From NCBI GenBank assembly GCA_036172245.1, contig JAYWIR010000042.1, positions 248,001 to 312,000 on the forward strand: 64,000 nt of DNA, given 5' to 3'. The notes under the pieces are model-generated. The model saw nothing but the letters and a program-made list of their open reading frames with translations, had not been told where the DNA came from and ran no database searches. The DNA comes from Raillietiella orientalis. Lineage: Eukaryota. The position numbers and the translations under genes are program-made. Of the stretch, positions 36,501-46,519 are shown in pieces (position 1 is the first letter of the stretch; the number at the start of each line of letters is the position of its first letter).

Positions 36501-39500
36501 AACACCGATCTCACTCCTAGGTCGCACCATTACAACTAACCGAACTGGACGCAAAGGGCAGTGCGGCACATAGACCGCTCCGAGCTCTGGTTGCGGCGAA
36601 GGGATGTCGAGCAGACTGCACGCTCTCCAAAGTGGAATCAAGAACCGTCAGGGGTAAAGTAGCTACTTCAGCTCTCATCGCTCATCCTGAGTTCGTTCAA
36701 GAGTTTTTGCGGAAGTCATTTTTGGTTCATCCGTGATCGCCTGCGACAGGTCGCAGCGCGTTAGCTCCGTCTTGCACGTGAAGGGGTGCAGCAGCCATGT
36801 TTGCTGAACAGCACTCTCGCGCTCTAACATGTCTCTCTGCCTTGAGCTTTCGAGGAAATTACCCCTCAGGAAGAGACTGCCGTTGGTCAGTTTTCATGGT
36901 TCGCTGAAGACCGCTTTCCTATTTTGCATTGTTCTGCATGAAGAAAGGACTTGCGAAAGGGATGGAAGGACCTCTTGGGCTTTCTCAAAGGTGCGCACCT
37001 ACAAGGAAAAAAAAAAAAAAAAAGCGCTGTTTGCTGCAGACGACTGCCGACTGTCTTTGATCCTTCGAAATAAGCACTGGCCTTGAGGGAGGAGGCGATT
37101 CGAAGGGGAAAAGTTGGGTTTAGAGCTTGTAGCGATGTTTCTGGTTTCGCGTTTTTTCGGCTTTTTTGGTCCACCATCACAGAAACTCTTTAGAAGATAT
37201 TCTTCTTACCACTCGTTCCCTTCTAGAACAATATTTGGGGAGTGGGTGGTCGAACCTGGACTCCTCTGTTGGCGTCTTCAGCAGGCCGAGAAGTTGGAGG
37301 AAGTGGACTTTCATGCCTCAGGGACCGGCCAGCTAGACGCTGTCTTCTTCTCTAAGACAGCCTCTTCTGCTTTCTCCGCCGCTTCCACGGGACAGCGCTC
37401 GTCTCCTTTGTGATTGAATGGTCCGTAACGACTTCAGGTCTCGTCTTGAAATCTGAGCTGATGGCTTCGAGAGTTGACTGAGTGGACGGAAAGGCGAAAG
37501 TTTTCCGGATGCAGAACACGGGCGGACGGAGCAATTCGCTGTCTAAGAAAAAAGAGCAAGACTCTTTCCCGAGGGGGAAGTTCCGCTTACCAGAAGGAGG
37601 GCTTTCGAAGCTTTCGAACAGGTGGCCAAATGCTCCGTCCACGCCGATCCGCAGAGTTCGACGCTCACGTGACGTCAGCGCCTCGTGTCGGCAGTCACTC
37701 AAAAGGAAGAAGGAAAAAAGGAGAATCCAATATTTCTCCTCTCACCCGGTTGAGCCGGGGGGGGTCCACTATTCCTCGAGAGAGAACCCCGCGGATTCGA
37801 CTTCCGCGAACCAAGAATCACGTTCATAGAATGGACTTCCGGTGACTTGGAAAGCACGCCTAGCGAACAGGAAGTGGCGCCGTTTCAGGCCAGGGAATCT
37901 CGTCTTTGCGGGGAGCCGGGGGGCTTTCTACGTGCCTTTCGCAGGTCACGCAGCTCCCCGTGGATCGTCGTGGAATTCCGGAGCCGCTTTCCGCATTGAG
38001 CTCGGTCTTCCGGAAGCTGTTAGCTCCTCCTCCCAGAACGGGAGGGCTCTCCCCTTGTCTGGAGTCTGCCGCGAGCTACGGCGTGATCCTAGCCACCTTT
38101 TGGCTTCTCGAGTAGCTCTGTCGTTTCCGAAGAAGCTGTAATGTTGCAGTGGAGAACGAAACTTTCCACTCTTAGTCCTCCTCCTTAGCGTGTCGCAAAG
38201 AAGGGACGCAGTTTTAAACGGGGAACGAATCAAATTTGTTATCAATTTTGCGTGCAGTTATTCCCCTTTCAGGCAGTTTGGGCCCACCCGACTCTCGCAT
38301 CTCGCGTATCTATTGTCAGACCATTGCTTCGTCGGCTGCCAATTTGCATCTCAGTTTGGCAATTCGGAACGATGCTCTACGCACACGCCGTTACTAGGTA
38401 ACAGCTTACCTCTGTTCCGCTTTTTAATGGCTGATGCAACTCGATGCGATTGCCCCAGGTTTATGTTTGCTTCGGGAAGAAGTGAGCCTAACTTCCCGAT
38501 TCTTCCCGTCGGTTTCAAGGGCATTGCAACACTTTTGGAGGATGGCGTCACTGTTTACAATTGTGGAATGCGCAGAAACACGGGTCGTGAAGCATTCTGG
38601 GCGCTTTCACGGGAGGATTTCTTCACCTTCTTGCGCTGCCTTTCCTTGAAGACGATGGGAATCCTCTAGGGCACGACCCTTTGGAAGTCACTGTGGTTTT
38701 CTTGCGTTTTTGGCTGCTGATTACTGTGTCTGTGGCGTCCGATTCACCTTTGTTTTGGCTGCTAACCAGTCGTCGCTATCATTCTTTTGCTCTTTTGCAA
38801 TAGCATTAGTACGAAAGTGACAAAAAGTGGAAAGAAAAGTGGCTCATCCTGTACGATTATCATTTCATTTTTTTTTTCCCACTGCCCTGCTCTCTCGTAC
38901 GTGTCCTTTTTTTTCCTGTTGAACACAGACATATTTTTGAATTTCTTGTCACTTTTCGCGATTTCTTGCCGCCGCCACGTGCTGATGGTATTGCAAAAGA
39001 GTTCCCACTATAGAACAGCGTCAGCAGCGTGGACAAAGGTGAATCGGACGCCACAGGCAATCAGTCCGGACTTCATGGCGAGGCAGGGCCGGTTTTAAGT
39101 CTCTCGCCCTCGAGGAAGATGTCATCATTGTAGGATTGTGAGCAATACGAGTACGATCGCAAATGCGTCCATCGGCATGAATGACCATCGCTTCCCTCCC
39201 CCCATCCTCCAGCCCTTGCGCGGGACAACCCCGAACGCCTTCGTGAGAGCTCCCAGTCGCGGCGGCTTCTTTTTCTCAAGCTGTTGGTCCGTGCTGACGA
39301 AGGCACTGCATTCGAAGAACCGGTTCCTTCTTACTCCTTGCACCAAGAGGCGCGCGCTCCTCGAACGGGAGCAGAAGTATTCTTCGCGTTTCTGTCCCCA
39401 GCACTCCCCGCACACCGTGGGTCACAGCTGAGGAGAGAGTCCACGTTGCGAGGTCATCCAGGCGACGGGCGAAGGAAGAGAAGACGGGGTGGGAACGTCC

Positions 39501-42500
39501 AGATTTCGAACGCGCTCGCCCCTGCCTCTGCGTTCCTTCCTCCCCTTCCTTATCGGGACGAGCTGCCGTCGTCGACTCTCGTGGATTCCGGCTCGCGCGC
39601 GTGCATCGTCCTGCGCGCTCCAGCGAAGTCTGTGAGTTCATCTTTGGCAGCATCGTGACTGCCGACATAGCACTGCGGACCCGTGGGGTTCGCCTGGGGG
39701 ATCTTTGCTTTCGAGAGTGGACGAAGTTCTTGGGAGCAACAGTGCCGCCATCCCACCACGTATTCCCAGAGACCTCTCTGCCGTCCATTTTTTTCTGTTG
39801 TTATTTCTTCCCCTCTGCGAACTGGCCGGCGCAGTGTCGCTCCACCTGCTTTACCCTCCAGCTGATGGCGCGCTTCTCCGTCCCTCTGACGAGCTCTCGC
39901 GGCGAGCTTCGGAGCCGTTTCCTATCATCCAGCATCCATTTTCTGTTTCATTCTCCTTCTCTCTCTTCCTCAGGCCTGGAGGGCACCCGGGGGAGGGGGA
40001 ACCTCTTTCAGTCCTGGCGTTCGCGTCTCGTGAGTAGGAGGAGCAGCTGACCTCCGCATGTGCTTCGCGTATTCCGCTCGATACTCCTCTTTAACTCGGA
40101 GGCACTTGAGACCATCTTTTCGCATCGCATGTGCACTCCAATGCGCCCACCAGCGTCCGCCTTCACCGGCCGCTTCGCCCAGAGGCTTCTGCCTGCTCCC
40201 ACGTTCCGTCCCGCGGCTGGGGAAGCCGCCAACTCCCGGGACCACCAGCTCCCTTTACGGGGACGCCTTCTTTCGGGAAGCCAGATTCACGGACGCGCGC
40301 GTACCCCAGGGGGAGCGGTCGGCGGCGGCAAGGCGGATCCGGCTAGAAGGAAGGGAGGGAGAGGGAGCGCGCACTCCGCTGCCGTACCGGACCTTCGATC
40401 GTTCCTGCCCTTCATCATCTCTTCCTCCTCAGAGTTCGGCCACAAGCTGTGCCAGGAAGACGGCACCTGGTTCCGGCATCCCGCCACCGGCGAGGCGTGG
40501 TCCAACTACACGTCCTGTATCGACCTGGATGACTGGAAGGTGGGTGCTCGCGCGGCTCCCGAAGAGGCGCGGAAGGCTCTCACAGCGCAGGGTCCGACGC
40601 AGTTCAGGCAGGACGTCAACAGGTTCTACATCATTGGCTACTCGGTGTCCTTGGCGGCACTCCTGATCGCCCTGGCGCTGTACTTCTACCTGAAGTAAGC
40701 CGGGAGGGGTTTGCTCTTTGTCTCCTGGAGATTTGGCATGCCCTTCGCCCTCCCCCTCTGTCAGGTCCCTGTGCTGCGCCAGAATAACCATACACAAGAA
40801 CCTGTTCGTGTCCTTCCTCCTGAACAACATCTGCTGGCTCATCTGGTACAAGGAGGTCCTGGAAAAGTCTTCCGTCATGCTGGAGAACAAGGTAGGGATT
40901 GAGGGTACGGCTATGGCCTTCCACCCCCAGCAGACTCTCTGCCCTCTGACCCCCCTCTCACTCAGAAGGCGGTTTCTCCCCGCGTGCTCCACCGTTAAGT
41001 CGCTCCAGCAGCGCGGCGTAGGCCACGCGATGCGGCTTTTTCTTCTTCTGCTGCTGCTGCGAGGGGGTTTCGCTGCTCCCTAGGGTTCTGTGATGCAGCG
41101 TGACCCCAGTTCCGGGGCGATTCTCCAGAGCCCACGGGGCGGCGGTTGAGGCGCTCGGAGATGGCGTCGCTTGGCCACCGCTGCCTGTCGGCGTTCCGCC
41201 GGCTTACCCCCCCCCCCCTCTCCTTGCACCATTTCCTTCTCTGAAAAGGACATCGTGGATCGAGGAGGGGAGTCTTCGTCGGGTTGCCCCGTTCTCCTGG
41301 CCCGAAGGCACAGCCATACCTTCCGGCAGGGTCGTGCGCGCGCTGCGGATGCAGATGGGAGGTGCAGTGTGGAGACTCTCTCAATGAAGGGTTTAGGAGA
41401 AGGTACGGCTCCAGGGAACTCGCCTCGCCTAGCCACCTGTGATCTTGTGGATGGATGGGGCGCTCTTTCCTCAGGTCTCCACTGACCTTGGCTGCCCCGG
41501 AGACCTCAGGGTCACTGCAGGGATGTCCTTGTCCTTTTCTTCACTCCCGTTCCTCCTCCTTTGCTGCCCCCCACGTGCCCCAGAACCGAGTTTGCGTCCC
41601 CTCCGCTCGTCCCGAGCATGCGTCTTCTAGAGCCCTTTCGGGACTCCTTCCCTTTCTCCTGGAGGTTCCCCCAGTGGTCACTCGTCGGTAAGCCAACTCC
41701 GATTCATCAAACGCGGGGACGGAGGAGGAACTACTGGTTAGTCGAGCGTCCTCTCGCGCGCTCAGAAACCTGTTCGTGGGAGTCAGAGGGTCCGGGTCGT
41801 CACCGTAGTGATGTGCAAACGGAAGGCGTCCTCGGACGCTGCCGTACTGCCCGCCTTGGCGGCTGCGGTCTCCGCGTCTGGCACCAGGCGTCGCAGGCTC
41901 GAATCCCATCCGGGAGAGCTCGCAGGTTTCGAGTCTCCCCTCCCCCTCCCTCCGCAGAACGGCGGCGCAGGTTGGCCTTTAAGCTTTGAGGGCGGCACCA
42001 GTGGAAGCAGCCAGAAACCCCCGGATACCCCGGTTGAGTGGCCCGCGTCGGAGGCTTGTGGTTAAGGCTTCCGCGTGTGGTACCAGGCTTCGCGGGTTCG
42101 AATACTTCGGGAGAAACTGACGCCACTGCGTCGTTGGGTTCCGAGTTTCTCCTGCAACGGCGCTGGTTGGCTTAATCATTCGGGCGTGGCACTGGCAGTG
42201 GATTAAGCCGGAGACCCTCAATGAAGGCCGGAACACTGGGAAATTGACCTTCGGTTCTTCTCAGGAATAAAGGAGTGGGGACTTCCCCCTCCGGTCGTGC
42301 AACGGAGAGCGGACCCCCGTCACCGGGGGAACCATATGATTTCAAGATGGAGCAGGATCCCTCACGGGCATCTCTCCAGTTGTTCAAAGGAGCGGACCCC
42401 TCTGTTGCGGGGGAACCCTCCGAGTCGCCGCCTCTTCACAGAGTGCACAAGGAAGCAAGCGAGAGCGATTCCCTGCGGGAAGCTGCAGCGCCTCTTCTGA

Positions 42501-45500
42501 GTTTCGGACGTGTCGCTTCCGGGTTCTCTTCAGAGGAGCGAACAGGAGCGGTTCCCTTGCGGGTTCTCTCCGGAGAAGAAATTCCTGCTAGCGGATCCTT
42601 TCCGGGTTCCTTTCGGAGAAGTTGAAATGGAGAGGATCACCCCCATTAGGGGAGTGTAACTCCGGAGAGAATGAGGAAGGAGATTCCCTTCGGAGTTCCC
42701 CGTCGGAGACAACCAGGGTAAGAGGTGCGATCCCCCCCGTCCGGGGATATCCCTTCCCAAGCGTGAGAGGAACGGACTCCGAGCTCTTCCTGGATTCAGA
42801 GGGCGGACCTCCATCCTGGGATGTCCCTATCCTGAAGAATTACAATGAATTTGGAAGTTGACCCCCTCTCCCTCCCGGGATTCCTCCGGGAATCAAGGAG
42901 TCGGGTCCATTCGTAGTTCCCCCTTCGGTTGGGAAAGTGGAGCTGCCTGACACCACTCCTCCGGGGGGTCGTCTCTCCAGAGTGCCAAGAAGCGCGAGCT
43001 GCTCAGGGAGTGACCCTTAAGAGAAATTGAAAAGCATCCCTTGGGGGTTCTCTCCAGTGGAAGAACAAGGAATGAATTCCTCGCGGTTTCTTTCTGGAGA
43101 AGAAATTATGGCGAGATCCTCTCCGGAGAGAAAGGGGATGAGGTAGTTCCCTTCGGGGACGGCCTCCGTGGTTCTTTCCCAAGAGAAAGGGGAAGCGACT
43201 CCTTCCTCCGGAGCCTTCCTAGACTCATAAAGTGGTCCCTCCGGGTCGCTCCCTAACTTGGAAAGTCACACTCACCCTCGGTCGGCGTGGACGGTATCAA
43301 AGAGCTTCGTGAGCCGCCAGGCGGCAACGCTGCCGTCCCGTATAGGTCGAAGGTCTTGCTCCTCGCGCGTGTTTTCCCCTGGGATCTTGAGAAGGCGTCA
43401 CTCAACAGATTTCCCATCAGCGTCGCGAGCGGTTGTAGGGGTGTCGCGGACGGAGGTCCGTGTTGCTGTTCTGCATCTTCGCGTCCGTCACGTGCAGCCC
43501 TCAAGACTCGAGGTGAGGAGGAGATGGTGGCGGCGAAACGAAAGAGGAGGAGGAGGGAGGAAGGAAAGAGCCCGGAGGTCGAGGTCTTCTTCCTTCTGAG
43601 AACGCCGCGAGGGGAGCTCCCTGCCGTCCTCGGGAGGAACAGCGCTACGCTCACGCGGCGGAAGGCTCAAAGGCAGCGGCACGGTCAGGTGGTCGCTTGG
43701 GTCAGCCGAGTGGCGGACGTTGCAGAGGAAGAGCCGCCACCTCGCAGCCCCGGTGGAAGAAAGACAGGTCCTGGATCACATGGCAGCAGCTCTCTCTCCA
43801 GAGCCGCTCCGCGTTCCTGCTCCAGGTCACGTCAGGAACCAGCTTCCGGAGAATCTTGGACGTAGACCACCTCCCTCAAGGAACTCCTCTGAGCATCTCT
43901 TCCCCTCCTTCTTCCTTCCTCCTCATCCCTGCGTCATCCCAGGCAACTTGGCTCGGGTCCGGCATGACCTGCCCGCCTTCTCGTTTTCGCTGCTGCTCTG
44001 TATGGAGAGCACGTCATCGACTCAAAGTCTGAAACGGCGCTTCCAACCTCCTGCGGGGGAGGGGCGCGTCACGCACGTTCCGGCATTCGCCGCTTCGGTT
44101 GCCGTACTGGCGGGCCGTCGCGCTCGCTGCTGATTTGCGACGTGGATCCGCCTCCCTGCGGGTTCGCGCGCCAGCAACCGTGATTGTGCCGCTTCGTTTT
44201 CCCCGTCAGTCCGCTGACCTCCGATGCCTTGCGGTTCTGCCCATCAGGACTCCTTACCTGCGGAGCTGAGGACCAGAGGCAGATCATTTCCCGAAGATCC
44301 TGAAGACCGTGAAGACGGAACTGACTCACGCGAGGTCGGACAGCCCAAGGGGGGAAGGGAAAGGAGGGGAGAGGGAATTTTCAGCACCCTTCTCAACGAT
44401 CGCTCAGAGATCGCGCAGACGCTCTCCCTGGCCTGCTGCATCTGCGCTCATCCCGACCTCGGCAAATCGCGCTCCAGCGAAGCTGGGGAAGCCGACGGAG
44501 GCTTTTCAGGCCAGAGCCTCAAGGAGCGCGACTCCCCTGGTAGCTGGTCGGATCGACCTCCCTGGGCTCTCTGTGGAGTCTTCCCGGAGTCCTTCGCGCC
44601 TTTTCTTCTGGCCGCCGGGAACTCAGCCTCGCCCGCTGGACTGCGGACGGCTCAAAAACGTTCTTCTCCTGCCCTTTCAGATCAGCTGCCAGGTGCTGCA
44701 CTTTGCTCTTCAGTACTTCCTGGTGTCCAACTATTTCTGGATGTTCTGTGAGGGTCTCTACCTTCATCTCATCCTCGTGGTGACGTTCATAACTGAACAG
44801 AAGGTGCTTCGGATCCTCTATGTCATCGGATGGTTCCTCCCGTCTGTCCTCGTGGCTGCGTACGTCATTCTGAGAGAGGTCGTCCTCCTGGATGCTGACC
44901 GGTTGGTGCCCTTTTCGCCTCTTCTCCCTCCCCCCTCCCCGCCCTCACAAGGGCCGCCCGAGGAGCGTCTGCAGAGGGTCTCCCCTCTTCCTCCTTTCCC
45001 GCCAACCTCGCGCGCACGCCTTCCGCCGCCGCCCTCCTCCCGTCTGGTTCGTCCTGGACGTCTCAGTCGCGATGAAGGAGTGCTCGCGACGTTCCCCTTC
45101 TAGAGTCCTGCGGCCGCAGGGAACGCTCTCGGGGCAGCCCGGGTTCGGCCACCTTCCCATTCTCCCCCCCTTCCTCCTTCCCTCCCTCATCAGGATCGCC
45201 AGGGTCGCTGGCTCATGGGACGACCACCTCCCGAAGGTGCCTCATAGAGACGAGCCCAGCCTCCTACGTCCTATCCGTTCCCGTGGTCATCTCCATGATT
45301 GCCAACTTCGGCTTCTCCATCAACGTGATCCGAATCCTGGTGGTGAAGCTGAGGTCCAGGAAGATGCCTTCCTCCGCGAGCGGCACGAAGAGGGCCATCC
45401 GCGCCACCCTCATTCTTATCCCCTTGCTGGGGCTCCAGTACTTCATCACCCCCTTCCGCCCCAGCCAGGGCAGCAAGGCGGAGGTCATGTACGAGTACTT

Positions 45501-46048
45501 CGCGGCCACGGTGGCGTCCTACCAGGTAACCGGGGGGTTTCCTTTCCCTCGGAGCGGGGGGGAGGCGCACTTGTGGGTCGCCCAACCTCGCTCCTGTGTC
45601 TCCTCCGAAGGGCCTCTGCGTCGCCCTGCTGTTCTGCATCTTCAACGGAGAGGTAGCCTCCCAGGGGCCGTCTCCAAGAGCGTCCTCCCTCACTCCCCTC
45701 TGCCCTCAGGTCCTGTCCTGTCTCCGGAACAAGGTGCGCCTCTGGATCTTTGTCCGAAAGATCTCGGCCAAGGATCCCAGCTTCGTCGCGGTGAGTCCCA
45801 GAACGCGCGCGCCCTCGAGTCACCTTTTCAATTCATCCCTGTTCCCTCCCCTTTCCCTCGACCCTCTTTGCCCTGCGCCGATGGCAATTTTCCTACACAT
45901 CACCCATCCACCCGCTCGTCTTTGCCCATCCAAGTCTCCCGGAAGCAGTGCGACCTTAGCCGACATCCCCGGCGGTCGGCCACTCCAAGCCCCGTTTCTT
46001 TCCGAGCGGAGGGGGAGAGGGGGTCGTAGCCTCGGAAAAACGGGTTGA
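21490..46048 (+). CDS. Dh31-R: Calcitonin/DH31-receptor-like class B1 GPCR, whole gene span. Join 21490-21580, 32543-32656, 40433-40539, 40603-40694, 40765-40891, 44681-44901, 45237-45525, 45611-45652, 45710-(45790 or 46048)
   Basis: Exons join in phase (1,1,0,2,0,2,0,0) at GT-AG sites into one open frame. It has a six-Cys hormone-binding domain (CPRIFDGWSCW, PCP, C-DGTWFRHP, WSNYTSC) and class B 7TM motifs (ITIHKNLF, NYFWMFCEGLYLH, IGW-LP, RATLILIPLLGLQY, SYQG-VALLFCIFNGEV). The family is secure. Orthology (Dh31-R versus hector-type or another paralogue) and the 3' end are not. Confidence 0.9.
23600..24600 (+). mobile_element. Decayed LINE RT fragment
   Basis: LLLSCDVPAIRGLSSDSLFLRELGAP, then IADGSPCGTKILSLL (GVPQG-like), then AVLDPIVPAYA. 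Confidence 0.35.
24680..25330 (+). mobile_element. tRNA-headed SINE-like repeat (head unit and body)
   Basis: B-box GGGTTCGAATCCC at about 24713-24725, then ~150 bp similar to 41910-42044, then the shared body. Confidence 0.65.
25400..25745 (-). mobile_element. Decayed LINE RT fragment
   Basis: GILKVAFDLRN...LRSMGIDRPMMEAAI...AVNGHS matches the D..KAFD / L..MGI / VNG..S series. Confidence 0.4.
29160..29580 (-). mobile_element. Decayed Tc1-like transposase C-terminal half
   Basis: GTITANVF...QNSVSW...LDWTAHLPNLGITQHI (like WP..SPDLNPIEH)...WISLAQED...FLSI...KNQGG. Confidence 0.5.
30860..31410 (+). mobile_element. Decayed pogo/Tigger-like DDE transposase
   Basis: IFNGISGL (like IFN-DE-GL), QITIVVFWHLSGKSRRLP, RLLLVDG and VPLCAKPLKPYG (like QPLD) occur in the expected order. 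Confidence 0.4.
32543..32656 (+). CDS. Receptor exon 2 (DKLYCPRIFDGWSCWNHTESGKYAFAPCPHFIQGFLPD)
   Basis: ttctctttccag acceptor, gtaagt donor, class B hormone-binding domain signature. Confidence 0.93.
33490..33920 (-). mobile_element. Possible decayed LINE ORF2 C-terminal region
   Basis: TSPYVAAGCPIWQ...IRILPCSISD resembles the post-RT RP-L-Y--P-W region. Weak. Confidence 0.28.
34514..34778 (-). pseudogene. topA: Bacterial DNA topoisomerase I fragment (Rickettsiales/Wolbachia-like), probable nuclear insertion in a receptor intron
   Basis: Minus strand reads MHIDG/FCIADEAINSIRESIKSLYGDKHLPNSPRQYVKKVKNAQIAIHATDLNRTPDTIKDYLTPEQFKLYDLNRKRTIASQMESEIL. This follows the type IA topoisomerase segment YMRTD...KNAQEAHEAIRPT...LY-LIW-RT-ASQM, with a +1 frameshift, a 3-codon deletion and substitutions. 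AT-rich compared with most of the gene. Confidence 0.9.
35600..36300 (-). mobile_element. Decayed LINE ORF2 (end of RT)
   Basis: CYLCRVLDGECTCTSH...FTVLQWTGLG resembles KYLGV-LD--L-F--H...L....WG. Confidence 0.4.
38190..38670 (+). mobile_element. Decayed LINE RT (CR1/L2/Jockey-like)
   Basis: CSYSPF...SQFGNSERCSTHTPLL...RFMFASGRSEPNFPILPVGFKGIATLL follows the RPIS...QFGFR..ST...D..KAFD...GI series. Confidence 0.55.
40433..40539 (+). CDS. Receptor exon 3 (KFGHKLCQEDGTWFRHPATGEAWSNYTSCIDLDDWK)
   Basis: cttcctcctcag acceptor, AAG|gtgggt donor. The WFRHP...WSNYT-C motif is typical of calcitonin-type receptors. Confidence 0.92.
40603..40694 (+). CDS. Receptor exon 4, TM1 (FRQDVNRFYIIGYSVSLAALLIALALYFYL)
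   Basis: gacgcag acceptor, AA|gtaagc donor, GYSVSL TM1 motif. Confidence 0.88.
40765..40891 (+). CDS. Receptor exon 5, ICL1-TM2-ECL1 (SLCCARITIHKNLFVSFLLNNICWLIWY...ENK)
   Basis: ccctctgtcag acceptor, AAG|gtaggg donor, R-TIHKNLF motif. Confidence 0.93.
41845..43250 (+). mobile_element. tRNA-headed SINE-like repeat with duplicated head units and duplicated body, in a receptor intron
   Basis: Heads at ~41845 (GGCTCGAATCCC) and ~42045 (A-box-like GTGGTTAAGG, B-box GGGTTCGAATAC). Bodies at ~42236-42830 and ~42850-43250. Confidence 0.7.
44681..44901 (+). CDS. Receptor exon 6, TM3-TM4 (ISCQVLHF...NYFWMFCEGLYLH...IGWFLP...DAD)
   Basis: gccctttcag acceptor, CG|gttggt donor, canonical TM3 motif. 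Confidence 0.93.
45237..45525 (+). CDS. Receptor exon 7, ECL2-TM5-TM6-ECL3 (CLIETSPASYVLSVP...RATLILIPLLGLQY...ASYQ)
   Basis: The ccgaag acceptor at 45235-45236 is the nearby AG that keeps the frame and places the ECL2 Cys. Donor CAG|gtaacc. Confidence 0.88.
45611..45652 (+). CDS. Receptor exon 8, 42-nt TM7 exon (GLCVALLFCIFNGE)
   Basis: cctccgaag acceptor, GAG|gtagcc donor. Matches the 14-codon TM7 exon known in class B1 genes. Confidence 0.92.
45710..46048 (+). CDS. Receptor exon 9, helix 8 and C-tail (VLSCLRNKVRLW...). It may end at a donor at 45790 or read on to TGA at 46046-46048
   Basis: tgccctcag acceptor gives NGE|V. A strong GCG|gtgagt donor lies at 45791, and the frame also stays open to 46048. 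Confidence 0.65.
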   Translation, partial: VLSCLRNKVRLWIFVRKISAKDPSFVAVSPRTRAPSSHLFNSSLFPPLSLDPLCPAPMAIFLHITHPPARLCPSKSPGSSATLADIPGGRPLQAPFLSERRGRGGRSLGKTG

Positions 46049-46519
46049 AAGTCCTTTCCGGGTTTTTCGAGGGTCTCTTTCAAGCACCTCTATGGCATTC
46101 TGGAATGCGTGGAAGGGGTCCATGTCCCGAGAGTTGGTGTCCTTACAGGCGCCTTCCCCTTTGGGAATGAGGATGATGGGGAGGGGCACCTGAGGAGGAA
46201 AGGGCCACGGCGCTTTGCTCTCTGATTTTCCCATACTCCTTTCTCCTGCATCCTCCAGCCGCCGCTTGCCAGAGATCCTCCGGCTGGGGAGGAAGGGAGA
46301 CGGAGCACTTGCGGTGTGCATGAGAGAAGGCCAACCAGCTACCCCGAGGGGCTCCGAAGGTGGTCGAGAGATGAGGGGGAGCCAAAGGGGATGGTCGAAT
46401 CGTTCCCTGAGGGTGAGATGCGTGGTTCTTGTCGAGACCAAGGTCAAGGGGCTACGCGTGTCTGGCACAACCCAAGCGCGCCCTTCGCTCCGCCCACCCA
46501 GCGTTTCTTCCAGCAGGTC

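Noticed and set aside
21581..40432. Duplicated or mutually exclusive ECD exons in the two large introns
   Set aside because: I saw no second DGW-CW or WSNYT-C type exon in the sequence or ORF track. Very short exons could have been missed.
42045..42110. Functional tRNA genes here and at 24690, 41850 and 63460
   Set aside because: A/B-box-like motifs are present, but I cannot fold a complete cloverleaf. The copies are diverged and attached to shared repeat sequence, which fits SINE heads.
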